Positions 12,556-23,950 of a stretch of DNA of 64,000 bases are shown in pieces. Under the pieces are notes generated by a model. That model had not been told where the DNA came from and did not search any database. It saw only the letters and a list, made by a program, of their open reading frames with translations. Location of the stretch: contig JASCQW010000122.1 in the NCBI GenBank assembly GCA_030264375.1, positions 30,517,947 through 30,581,946 of the forward strand. Reading direction: 5' to 3'. The stretch comes from Carcharhinus longimanus. Taxonomy: Eukaryota. Position 1 is the stretch's first letter; each line of letters begins with the position of its first letter. Both the position numbers and the translations under genes were made by a program.

Positions 12556-12625
12556 NNNNNNNNNNNNNNNNNNNNNNNNNNNNNNNNNNNNNNNNNNNNN
12601 NNNNNNNNNNNNNNNNNNNNNNNNN
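12556..12625. other. Assembly gap overlapping an ADAM12 exon start (other gaps near 1351, 3237, 9835, 50528, 52173, 57459, 57966, 60148)
   Basis: Runs of N. Confidence 0.99.
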
Positions 12626-12694
12626 AAGGAAGTCCCAGAAATGAAACTTCTGTGATATTGTACCAGTGACAGTACCAAGCTGATGCAATGTGGA

Positions 12695-13162
12695 AGATGC
12701 ACCATAGAAAGCATTCTGTCTGGTTGTATCACAGCTCGGTATGGCTCCTGCTCTGCCCAAGGCTGCAAGAAACTACAAAGGGTTGTGAACGAAGCCCAGT
12801 CCATCATTCAAACCATCACTTGCCCACCTATGGACACTGTCTATACTTCCCACTGCCTCGGAAAAGTAGGCAGCTAATTAAGGACCCCACACATCCCAGA
12901 CATACTTACTTCCTTTGGGAAAAAGACACAAAAGTCTGAATACATGAACCAATGGACCCAAGAAAAAGCTTCTTCCCTGCTGCCATCAGACTTTTGAATG
13001 GGCCTACCTTGCATTAACTTATACCCTAACCATGACTGCAACACTACATTCTGCACTCTTGCCTTTCCTTCTCTATGAATGGCATACTTTGTCTGTATAG
13101 TGTGCAAGAAACCATACTTTTCATTGTATACCAATACATGTGACAATAATAAATCAACTCAA
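12695..13162 (+). mobile_element. Rex1/Babar-type LINE 3' fragment
   Basis: RCTIESILSGCITARYGSCSAQGCKKLQRVVNEAQSII RT C-terminal motif plus the shared 3' UTR. Confidence 0.8.
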
Positions 13163-13808
13163 AAGAATAGTGTTCCCCTCATATTTGTACCCAGCAGCAC
13201 TTTTCAAATAAAATATAAAAGCTGATTTACTAACATTGGGTTGCTGGAGGGGTGGGGGCAGGGTTTAGCTTTTCAAATCTACCTGGAGTATCCTATGATC
13301 ATAATAATTCAATCCTTGTCATGAGCCATCTATTCCTCATTCATTTCAAATTCACTCCAAATTATATGCTCCAGACTTCTCTGCCCCTTGAGCTAATACC
13401 ACTTCACTAACACCTCGTGCAGAAAGACTGTCTGCTAGCCATGAAGGTGGAACATTCCTTTATTGAAACCTTTCCATTTAGCAGCTTCATTAAAGACTGA
13501 TGAAATTCAACTCAGCTGTAACAGGAAGAAGTTACTGGCAGGCAGCCTCTGAAGTCAATCAAATAAGCATGTCTCCAAAGATCCTCTATAATAATAATGT
13601 CATGCATTGGAAAATTCAGGAGTAGGTGCTTTTCAACTTCTGTGGTGGCTGCTTTAGGCAAACGTCAGATCCTGGATCAGAAATAAAATCAGCAATGACA
13701 ATAGCTTAAAAGCAGCTTCAAGGCAGGTGCTGAGGTGTATCTCATGCTGTACTGTATAACAAGAAGTTTCAGAACACCAGGTTAAAGTCCAACAGGTTTA
13801 TTTGGTAG

Positions 13809-13843
13809 CACAAGCTTTCGGAGCACTGCTCCTTCATCAGGTG
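13809..13843 (-). ncRNA. Minimal type I hammerhead ribozyme motif within ~87-bp Penelope-derived repeat (13761-13848)
   Basis: Minus strand: CAC CUGAUGA A GGAGC-AGU-GCUCC GAAA GC UU GUG; both core boxes, 5-bp stem II, palindromic AGCU stem III, 3-bp stem I. Confidence 0.7.
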
Positions 13844-14249
13844 AGTCAGCACCATACAGTAGAACACAGATTGTTTCTTTGATCCTTCACTGAAGTAGAG
13901 AGTGAAGCAAAATTAACAGGCAGGCTGACCTGTGACCCATTGCACATTTCCTAATATTGAGTTCAAGGGCTGCAAGTCCCAGAATCTAGACATTTTGCTC
14001 ACTTAGTTCCCTCCCTGTCAGGCTAATAATAGTAAATTCAATTTATAACAATCTAATTATCAAATGTAAGAATTGAAGTAAAACGGTTATAAGGAGAATG
14101 AATTGACACGCCTCATGGCATGGCACTAGAAAGTGTCTCACATCTTAATAGCAATGTTAACTTCTTGCCTTAAATACTCTCCAAAAATAATCAGATAATG
14201 CAATTTTTTGCACTATAGTGTTGTTGGATTTAAGCTAATCATTATATAC

Positions 14250-14445
14250 CTGGTCCCCAGAGAGTAATACACTGCTGTTCATGGGTCTGGCACATCCCAT
14301 TGTAACAGTAACCATCCTTCTTATGACAGGGTTGACCATCGTGTAGATATACATTGGCTGGACACTGTGCATTCGTTCCAGTGCAAAATTCAGGCAGATC
14401 ACATGAATTGCTGGAATCTCTGCAAGGGGTTCCTGGAGGCTTCAG
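14250..14445 (-). CDS. ADAM12: ADAM12 exon F (disintegrin loop into Cys-rich): [65 protein letters not shown](G)
   Basis: 196 nt, hand-translated; acceptor tttacag, donor CCAG|gtatat; phase 0 to 1; [14 protein letters not shown] loop typical of ADAM12. Confidence 0.96.
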
Positions 14446-15219
14446 CTGTAAACGTACATTAACAAAAAAAGAAAATAAATTAATGGGTTGAAAGTTACAT
14501 TATGCAGTTGGAAATTGTGCAAATAGAATGACGGTCGTTTGTAGGTGCAGAAAACCTATAGTGAAAGTTAACATTAACATTTAATATTGATTCAAACAAC
14601 ATGTTAACCAAATTGGAAGTGGTCATTTTTTAACTGAAGCAATAATAATATGACACATGGGAGTAAACTTCTGAACCTGTTCTCTTAGTTGTCCCGTTTG
14701 AGAGTTTCTCTGGGTCTTCTAATGAAATTATGGCAGATGCAGAGGAAAACCTGCACGATAATTCCCCCTTATCATATGTTCATCATTATTGTTTCAATAA
14801 CACTGGATTCTACACATGCCAGTACTATGTTGCTGCACAGGAACGTGAATTCAAATCCCACTGTGATAATTTGGAAATTGGAATTTATTTATTTTTTCAT
14901 CACTGGACAAAGTTAGGACTTAATGCCTATGGTGATCCCTCTTGAACCGCTAGTCCATGTAGTGTAGGAGGTACCTACTGATGGGAAAAAAGGGGCCCAG
15001 AATCAGACACCATCCTCCATCACCTCCACTTCCCGCCCCTGACAGATCTTTAAACTGATGGTCCTCATCTCCACCTCCTTCCTCCACTTAACTCATGCCT
15101 GAGGCTCCAACATCAATCCTCTGTCGAGGCCACACTGCTGAACTGGCATTGGCCACAGCTCCTAGTGATGCTGCTGGTAATCAAGCTCTGACTGGCTGAT
15201 AACTCTTAGAGATAGGAGA

Positions 15220-16022
15220 TCATAGAATCACTACAGAACAGAAGGCGGCCATTTGGCACATCAAGTCTGCACTGATGCTCTGTGAGAGCATCTGATCCAG
15301 GCCCACTCTACCACGCTATCCCCCTATCCCCATATATTTATCCCGCTGATCTCCTTAACCTACACATCTTGGGATATTAAGGGGCAATTTAGCATGGCCA
15401 ATCCACATCTGCACATCTTTAAACTGTGGGAGAAAACCGGAGCACCCGGAGGAAACCAGAGGAAAGAGGCTGGAATCGAACCTGACTCCCTGGAGCCATG
15501 AGGCAGTTTTGGTCCCCTTATTTGAGGAAAGATGTAGAGACATTGGAGGCAGTTCAGAGGAGGTTCCAGAGATGAGGGATTTGTTTATGAAGAGAGATTG
15601 AACAGTTTAGGGCTATATGCTCTGGAATTTAGAAGAATGAGGGGAGATCAAATTGAGGCATACAAGATGATCAAAGGCATGGATAAAGTAGAGGTGGAGC
15701 AGATGTTTCCGCTGGTGGGGCATCCTAAGATGAGAGGTCATAGTCCTGGGATAAGGGGTAGCAAATTTAAAACAGAATTGAGGAGAAATTGAGTATTGTG
15801 AATCTGTGGAATTCACTACTCCAAAGGACAGTGGATGCTAGGACAGTGAGTAAATCTAAGGAGGAGTTAGACAGATTTTTAATTGGTAATGGGTTGAAAG
15901 GTTATGGGGATCAGGAGCATTTCAGCCATGATCGAATGGTGGAGCAGACTTGATGGGCCGAATGGCCTAATTCTGCTCCTATAAATTATGAACTTATGAC
16001 AGTACTAACCACAATGCCAACT
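15220..16022 (-). mobile_element. HE1-type V-SINE split by the CR1 insertion at 15507-15997
   Basis: Body to ..tgaggcag at ~15506; head resumes cagtactaaccacaatgcca at ~16000. Confidence 0.75.
15507..15997 (+). mobile_element. CR1 LINE 3' fragment inserted into an HE1 SINE
   Basis: LGLYALEFRRMRGDQIEAYKMIKGMDKV; tail gatgggccgaatggcctaattctgctcct. Confidence 0.85.
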
Positions 16023-16304
16023 TTACGCACCCTGGAACAGGATTTGTGGGGGGGAAATTCCCCTCACACGAGTCAGGAAGCCTAAGATGGGAAGGTAAGT
16101 GGCCGATTAGGGCTTAATTCCATTGGGCCTCTAAAAGTGGCTGCAGCGACGGCTATTGCTGGTTTTCCAGTCAGTGGATGGGCTCCAAACCACTAAAACT
16201 AAATATCACTTCTATAAAGATTAGACTTTTTCAGAACGGCTGACATAAAATATGTTATTGTTTTGGTGAGAGCAAAAAGCTCAGTTCTTGAAGGATTCTG
16301 TTAC

Positions 16305-16394
16305 CTTGCAGTCTTTGCAGCAAAGTCCATGTGCGCACACTGCTTCAGGCTTCAGGGTGCAGGTACTCGCATTACAGCATGGATTGGTACATTC
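16305..16394 (-). CDS. ADAM12: ADAM12 exon E (disintegrin): [30 protein letters not shown]
   Basis: 90 nt, hand-translated; acceptor tttttctttgttgag, donor AAG|gtaaca; phase 0 to 0; disintegrin cysteine pattern. Confidence 0.94.
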
Positions 16395-16904
16395 CTCAAC
16401 AAAGAAAAACAAACTGATTGGATTATTTATGTCCATTAATACTCAAAAATCAAAGCACTGGACAGTTACTGGAAGAGAAGACATTTTGGACTTGTAATTA
16501 CTGTTAGGTAACAAAGCGCAAAAGTCTGTCGGCATACATCAAAAGATTGAAACCTTAATTGATTACTTATGAGCCATTTTTACATCACTGCTTGGTATTA
16601 TCAACTGTGCTTTCCTTTGTGCTTCATTCAGATATTCATTTATGCCATAGGTATCGGAATAGGGAAAATTAATAACACAAGTGGGATAATTTGATCAACT
16701 GATAATATTTCTAAAAGCCACAATAAACCTGCTAACATGTGTCTAATTTGGCTATCTCCTGAAACCTCAAAAACAATGCAAGCTGATGTTCCTGTTTGTT
16801 CCGTGTGTACAACACCTCTCTAGTGTAAGGGCTGACAATTTGGCACAGATTTTCTCATTGCCATTTGGGCAAAGGCATCACTTTTGCTTGCTGCTGCCAT
16901 CAGT

Positions 16905-18310
16905 AGGATATAGTCGCGTAGATTTACTTCACAAGAGGAAGGCCATTCAGTTCATCTTTGTCTATTCAGTCAGATAAACCATAATTACCCAACTTGCAAC
17001 ATTCAACTGTTTCTTCAATGATTGCAAGGTATTTGTCTCCATTGTTTCATCAGTAACCTCATTTTAATGTTGATTATTCTTTGCAAAGTCTCTAGACATT
17101 AGTCGTAAAATTAACTAACAAGTTTGAACTTCTGTCCTTTAATTTTACTTATGTAGCTTAATTTAAGGTAATATTTTGGATGAACCTCCTCTACAATATC
17201 AGCAGTCATATATATCTGTAACATCGCTGCTCAGATATTTCCTTTCTATGCTAGAAAAACTCAGGTTTTTACAATCCTTTCTCATCCCTTAGATTTCTAG
17301 TGTTGCGGATTATGAGTAGCTCTTCTCTGCATTCCCACTGGTGCTTCATTGCCTCTCAGACTTTTTGACAACTAGGATTGGATGGCTATTTAAGGTATGG
17401 TCTGGATAGAACACTACAAAGCTTCACAATTATTTCCTCTTTACTTTATAGCTATGTATTTTTAGTTATGTATTTCAACACATTATTGGCTTTGTTGCTT
17501 GTTTTTCTGGATTGGTTGGATATATTTAGTGTTGAGTTTATTTAGACTCCTAAATCTTATTCAGCTTCATTCATACTATTTCAACATCATTTAAGGACTA
17601 TGCATGCAATCTATTTTTTCTTCCAGGTGGTAGCACTTTACACATTTCTGCACTAAATTTCATTTTTCTGCCCACTTAAAAACTTTGGCTGGAATTCTCC
17701 AGCCGTTCATGCTGGCAGGTTCTTCCGGTCCCACTGACAGTGCACCCCTGTGACAGGTTTCCCAGTTACATGGGGTGGAATCAATGGGAAATCCCATTGA
17801 CAGCAGTGGGACCAGGACACCCCATTGCCAGAAAGCAATGCTGCCACCTCTGGCTACAGAGAAGCACTCAGCTGGGAGGCTAGAGAATCCCACCCACTGT
17901 CTCTTTCCTGTGACTCCAACCTCGTTTTGGCTACCGTCCGCAAACATGACTATTTTATATCAAGTTTCAAAATGCACATTTATATAAATTAGAAATAGCA
18001 ATGGGTCCATTCAGTCGCCGAAAACCTCTGTCCTTGCTCACAACTGGGATTCTCTGATGCTGCAGAATGTGAACAGAATTTTGGTGAGAACGCCAAATTC
18101 TCCCCTCTCGTTTGCAGTGAGGTGGGCACAGGTGAGGTCAGAGAATCCCCCCATACCAACATAAATCCTCTAATGACAATTCACTGTTTTCTACCCTTCA
18201 AACAGTTTCTTTACTCATTGCCAGCATTTTACCCTGAATCTTTACAGCTTTGAAGTTAAGTAATAGGCTGTCGTGTGGAACTTTATCAAAGGCTTTTTAA
18301 AGTTCAACTG
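16905..18310 (-). mobile_element. Old degenerate CR1 LINE with MITE insertions
   Basis: CR1 antisense landmarks (gaaggccattcag, ctttatcaaaggcttttt..aagttcaa). Confidence 0.5.
17687..17895. mobile_element. MITE with imperfect TIRs
   Basis: ggctggaattctccagcc ... ggctagagaatcccaccc; related copy at ~35215-35425. Confidence 0.7.
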
Positions 18311-19363
18311 CCAAGAAAAATTAACTCATTGATAACAGAGTCGTCTTTTGCAGAACAGGGCTCCCTATTATTGTTCCAGAAGTTATTATTTGTAAACATT
18401 GTGAATGATTCAGATTTTTCGGTAGCAAAAGCTTCCTATCATTTCTTGGCAACAGATTTCTCAAATCATCAACAATACTGCTTAGTAAAGGTAAAGTAGC
18501 CACGATCCCACAGGACTTTAAGGGGGAGAGCTGATAGGTGATGATTTAACCTGAGGATCACTACACCTCAGGCAAGAGGCAAGATTGAGAAGGTGGAGCC
18601 TTCATGGATAACCTCAGCCAGTACGGGGGTTAGTTGTAATGCCTCATCCTGTCAGCTTGGATCTTGTTTGATTGAACCCAAGATGGGATGTGATGTTTTG
18701 TCTCGTCTCGTCAGCTTGGATCTAGTTTGCTCCTCATGTGGGGACCATGTTTGGACTTAATTTGAATTGGTTTTTGTGATTAGAGCTAAAGTACTCAAAG
18801 GAAAAAAAAACTAACCAGATGTCCAGCCAACTGAGCTATCCGACCCTTTTGGTAGTGATTTATTGAAAGGCAAGCATAGTTAGTATTGTAACATTCACAA
18901 TTATTTCCTTTTTTGAATCACAGATTTGTCACATACATGCTAATGTCAAATAGAGGGTGGGTCAAACTAGTCAATGAGTGATATATTTATTGTAAAACCC
19001 GAATGGGTATTTCAGTCTGCTACTTTCTTTTAAAACTGTAACAGAGAATGTTGTTCTATTGCAGCATGTTGGCCCCACAGGATTTTAAGCTGTGGAAGTT
19101 AGTGCTATAACTACTTCATGTATAAATGTTTTGATGACACACATGGGGTTTTGAACTTCTTTTGTTCAACCACTGATTTACTATGGTACTGCTTTATATT
19201 ATGTACAGCCACATTAAGTATGTTGGCTCTAACCATTGCCATTCTATAATTTATTTTGTGAAAAAACTCAACACAGAATTAAGCTTGACACGAATCCCCT
19301 AAGAGTGAATTTCAAATTGGACAGAAACAAGGAAGAAATTCAGTCTTTCTTGGTCGTCCTTAC

Positions 19364-19541
19364 TTCAAGTTCACCACAGTCACACTCCTCGCCCTCCTCC
19401 ACATATCCATTGCCACACTTTTGCCCACCATAGAGCTCTTTTACTTCTGGCATGTTGAAGAGACACATTCCAACTCCCTTTTCCAGGCTACTGTCCAGGT
19501 CTTTCTTGCTACAGCTGCTAAACACTGTGGGAAAAGGATAT
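19364..19541 (-). CDS. ADAM12: ADAM12 exon D (end of metalloprotease, start of disintegrin): YPFPTVFSSCSKKDLDSSLEKGVGMCLFNMPEVKELYGGQKCGNGYVEEGEECDCGELE
   Basis: 178 nt; acceptor tctttttcag, donor GAA|gtaagg; phase 2 to 0; CGNGYVEEGEECDCG motif. Confidence 0.96.
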
Positions 19542-21453
19542 CTGAAAAAGAAAAACAGTGTCAAGCCTAAATGTGCAACTCAAAGCAACTGTGTTCTTAT
19601 ACCCTCTTTCTTCTCTATCAACTGTCATCAATAGCAAACAGAGGAAAGAAAGTCTGGTTAATTAACTTACTTGGTTTGCAAACTAAGATTCCAGGTTCAA
19701 CCTTGCTCAGAATATATACTACTCATGATAGTTTATGTATTTTGGACTATGATTATCAGTGGAAGATTAAGACATCTCACATAATGCCAACATTCACAGC
19801 CAAAATACATTGGCCGGAATTTTCTGACCATTCACAGTGGGATTTTCCCAAGTTGCTTCAGTGAACGGAGATTTGGTTTGTTGCCAAAATCTCTGTTTTC
19901 ACTACAGTGGGAGCTAAGCATGAACGGGCAGTAAGATCGCACCCATGTTGTTCATCTACATTCTTTTAAAATATAACCCGTTTTATTCCTTCTGATGGAG
20001 GTTCCGCATCTTTTCACAGATGCTGACTGATCTGCTAAGTGTTTCCAGCACTTCTGCAGTTTGTTCTTAATGGTATCATTGCTTTCTAATTTCCTCCTGT
20101 CAATCCTTGTACGCCTCTAATTGAGTCCAGATTGTTAGAACTATAGGAGATAGGCACAGTATTGGTCAATTAAGCTGAGTGTTTTACTACAATTACAACT
20201 GACAACCATGAGAACAAATCTTTTAGCCAGCAGAAATGTAACGCTCGACGATAACGCTAAGATGTTTTCAATGTTAAAGACATGACATTATATGAATGTA
20301 AGTTGCTATTGCCAGTGGATTTATTCCTGACCCTTATGGGGGAGATTTTATAGGAGTAGGAAAGGTGGCGACAGGGTGACAGAGTTACGCAGGACGTAAA
20401 CTCCAATTTCCTAATGGCAGGTTGAGATGCAGAGATTAGGTCAGTGACATCCTTGTAGCGTGTCAGGCCTCACACCATACTGTGGGGCAGGTTTGTGCTT
20501 GCATTACATTTGCAACCCATGAATAGGTATTAATTTTAAAATTACATTCTACCTTCAAGGTATAGTCAGCGGCATTTGAGAATCTCATGGCATCTGGTCC
20601 ACACTCGTTTAAAGATGTAATGCAACAGTTGGGTTTGTGCAGTTGTGTCTACGGTCAGCAGTTAAATGCTGAGGCACAAGGGATGAGAGCAGGAGAATGG
20701 AGGCTCGGGACCAGAAAAGATGAAGAAGGGTAAGCAGGGTCAATAGGGGTTGAAAGGTTGAGGTTCGACTGCATGGAGGAGTGGGAGTGAGATCCAAGGA
20801 AGGGCAGAGGGTGGGGTCATGGGCATGGAGGAGTGAAGTGGAAAGGGCCTGATGTCCTGGGTCAGGCAGGGGGAGGGGGGTAGTCCAGTGTTGTACTCAC
20901 TGCTCTGTGGGACATGGCTGAACTTACAGCCTGATCAAACCCTCCATTCTATGCAGTCAGTTGAGGTAAGTAAATGACCCTGAAGGGCAGGGTCATTATT
21001 GGTCATTATTGTTCAAATGTGAGTATTGGCAGATAGAGTCCTTATAGGGCCTTCACCATCGGGCAGGGAGCGTGATTGATAAAATTCCACCCAATACACT
21101 CTGTGCACAGAATGCTGACTTGGGTGAGAAAACCGGCGTGTAGTTCGCCAGCTACACAGCTGAGTTTACTCTCCACATTCTCTGGGGGCGTGGTTCCCAC
21201 CATCAAGCTTGTGTGTGGGGGGGGGGGGCGCTGATAGAAACGGCAACGTCTTCTTTACTGAGATCGGGGGTCCAACAAAACTCCCCTCAGCCCCAACAGA
21301 CACAGGGCCACAGGGGACCCCTCCACAAGCAACGGGGCAACGGACTGCACAATATTCAGCACCATTCACGACTCCTCAGATACTGAAGTAGTTTATGCCC
21401 AAATGGAAGAAGTCTCACAACACCAGATTAAAGTCCAACAGGTTTATTGGTAG

Positions 21454-21488
21454 CACAAGCTTTCGGAGCACTGCCCCTTCATCAGGTG
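21454..21488 (-). ncRNA. Minimal type I hammerhead ribozyme motif within second ~87-bp Penelope-derived repeat (21407-21493)
   Basis: Minus strand: CAC CUGAUGA A GGGGC-AGU-GCUCC GAAA GC UU GUG; stem II kept through a G.U wobble. Confidence 0.7.
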
Positions 21489-21493
21489 AGTCA

Positions 21494-22330
21494 TCATGTC
21501 CAAATGCAACAAGACACTGACAGTGTCCTGACATGGGCTAGCAATTGGCAAGTAACATTTGTGTCACATAGACACCAAGCAATGACCATCTCCAACAAGA
21601 CAAAATCTAACCATCGCTCCTTGACATTCAATGGTATGACCACCGCTGAATCCCCCACTATCCACATCCTGGGGGTTCCCATTGACCAGAAACTGACTAG
21701 ACTTGGCATATAAATACTGTGACTGCAAGAGCAGGTCAGAGGCTATGAAATCCTGCAGTGATGAACTCACCTTCTGATTTCTCAGACTTTGTTTACATGT
21801 ATAAGGCACAAGTCAGGAATATGACAGAATACTCTCTCCTTGCCAGGATGAGCGGAGCTCTAACAACATTCACGAAGCTGGACACCATCCAGGACAAAGC
21901 AGCCCATTTGACTGGCATCACTTCCACAAATATTTACTTCTTTCACCACCAACACACAGTAGTAGCAGTATGTACTATCTACAACATGCACTGCAGGAAC
22001 ACAGCAAGGCTCCTTAGGAAAGCACCTTCCAATCCCACAACTGCTACCATTTCGAAGGACAACAGCAGTAAATACCCGGGAACACTACCACCTGTAGGTT
22101 CCCCAACTAGTCATTCATCACCCTGTCTTGGAAATAGATTGCTGCTCCTTCAGTGCTGCTGGGTCAAAATCCTGAAACTCCTGCTCTAACAGCACTGGGG
22201 GTGTCTCTACACCACATGGACTGCAGGGGTTCAAGAAGGAAGCTCATCACTGCCTTCTCAAGGACAACTAAGGATGGGCAATGAAGCTGGCCTAGCCAGC
22301 AAAGCCCACTTCCTGTAAGTGCATAAAAAA
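21494..22330 (+). mobile_element. 5'-truncated CR1-superfamily LINE (RT C-terminus and 3' UTR)
   Basis: WASNWQVTF..HQAMTISNK..ILGVPIDQKL and YKAQVRNMTEYSLLA..KLDTIQDKAAHL motifs in two frames. Confidence 0.8.
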
Positions 22331-22349
22331 ATTGCTCCAAACAATTGGG

Positions 22350-23130
22350 TAGTGGAATGGTGGTGGAGGAAGAAATATGTAAGTAAGTATGTGAAACGAA
22401 TAGAAGATGTAGAAAAACTATCAAAGAAATTTTTAACGACTCGAAGATAAACTGGCAAGAACAGCTAGTGAGAAGGGTAAAAGGAATGGAGCTTTTCCAA
22501 TGCATGCAGAACTCTTTTGTTACCCAGTGCATAAAGATCCCAACAAGAGTGGGAGCACTGTTGGGTCTAATAATGGGAAATGAACCAGAATAGATAAGGA
22601 AATAAAGTGTATGGAAATATTTAGGCAACAGCAATAATAACATACTAAAATTTAAGATAAGTATTAAGAAAAACTCAAATTGGTCAAAGACCAAAATAAT
22701 ACATTGGAAAATGCTGATATGAAGTGAAATTGAATGGAACTCGAGGAAGTGGATTGGAATAAGATACTGATAAACACAAAAACACAACAGCAGTGGGAAA
22801 CATTTAAAGCTGTGATCGAGTTCCCAAAGGAACATAGCCCACTAAAAAGCAAGAGCAAACTAACCAGTAATGGGTGATTAAAAAAGGACATAATTAAAAC
22901 TATAACAAAAGACATATACTATGTACATAAATAACAGAAGAAAGCGTGACCATGAGGAATATGGAAAGGTTAGGAAGTAAACAAAAACATTATAGCACAA
23001 CAAACAGAAATTAAGGTATCAAGGAACGAAAAAGAAATAGCAAAGCATTCTATAGGCACTCAAAAATCCCGAAAACCAGTCCAGAGAAATGGCTATTAAG
23101 TGATCCACACAATAAAAGCAGGACTAGTGA
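22350..23130 (+). mobile_element. Degenerate CR1 ORF2 fragment (endonuclease/linker region)
   Basis: A-rich; FFQCMQNSFVTQCIKIPTRVGALLGLIMGNEP and YLGNSNNNILKFKI resemble CR1 endonuclease PTR and SDH motifs. Confidence 0.6.
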
Positions 23131-23389
23131 CCAATAGCAGTACAGATATAAGGACCAGAGGCTTCAGAGCATAGTGAGAGTGGAACCAATAACTGAAAAC
23201 AGCAGGTGAAGATAAAGAGGGAGAAAAGGGGAGAGAGAGAAAGAGAAAGAGAAAGAAAGAAACAGAGGATGGGATTCTCTGATCACAACCTCAGCCGCCC
23301 CACTGCCAGCAGGATTGGAGAATTTGGCACTCACCAAAACTCTATTCACTGCAGTGGCACCGGAGAATTCCTGCTGTGGAGGTGTTTAT

Positions 23390-23568
23390 TTATTTATTAG
23401 TCACAAGTAGGCTTACATTAACACTGCAATGAAGTTAGTGTGAAAATGCCCTAGTTGCTACACTCTGGCACCTGTTTGGGTACATTAAGGGAGAATTTAG
23501 CATGGCCGGTGCACCTAACCAGCACGTCTTTTGTAACGTGGGAGGAAACTAGAGCACCTGGAGGACCG
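23390..23568 (-). mobile_element. V-SINE 3' half, alternative tail
   Basis: tttattagtcacaagtaggcttacattaacactgcaatgaagtt..aatttagcatggcc. Confidence 0.8.
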
Positions 23569-23859
23569 AGAGAGGGAGGGAGAGACTGGAAACTAATCAA
23601 GGAGTGACATTAAAGGAGAGCAGGTAGGTGAGTGGTTGGTGAGTGTTACATTTCTGCTCTTGAATGGAAAATATAACTGTTATTTTATAGAATAAAAGTT
23701 TAAAACTAGGTAAATCAATCATTAATAAAATTAAAAATGTTGACTGAATGAAAGTCTTAACTAATTAAATAACCGGTTACTTTAATTACCCGATATTTTA
23801 ATTCTGCATCTTGCTCCTACTCTGACTTTTCTGTCCCCAATTTCCAGCAGTGTTTCAAT

Positions 23860-23950
23860 GAAAGGCTTGAGGAGCCAGACCTCATCTTTCAATTTGCCAC
23901 TTTACAGCCTTTCCACTCGACACTGAGTTCTTCAATTTCAGATTGTAACC
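23860..23950 (+). mobile_element. Penelope GIY-YIG endonuclease C-terminal remnant
   Basis: Translates ERLEEPDLIFQFATLQP / (frameshift) LDTEFFNFR, resembling the PLE C-terminal EEQHLIFRLGTLQPxGxNIEFxNFR motif. Confidence 0.55.

Noticed and set aside
13838-13846. Perfect plus-strand splice donor CAG|GTGAGT, also at 21483-21491
   Set aside because: It is the reverse complement of the hammerhead stem I and core; no plus-strand exon supports it
22164-22835. 223-aa hydrophobic minus-strand ORF that looks like a membrane protein
   Set aside because: It is the antisense reading of an A-rich CR1 fragment and LINE tail
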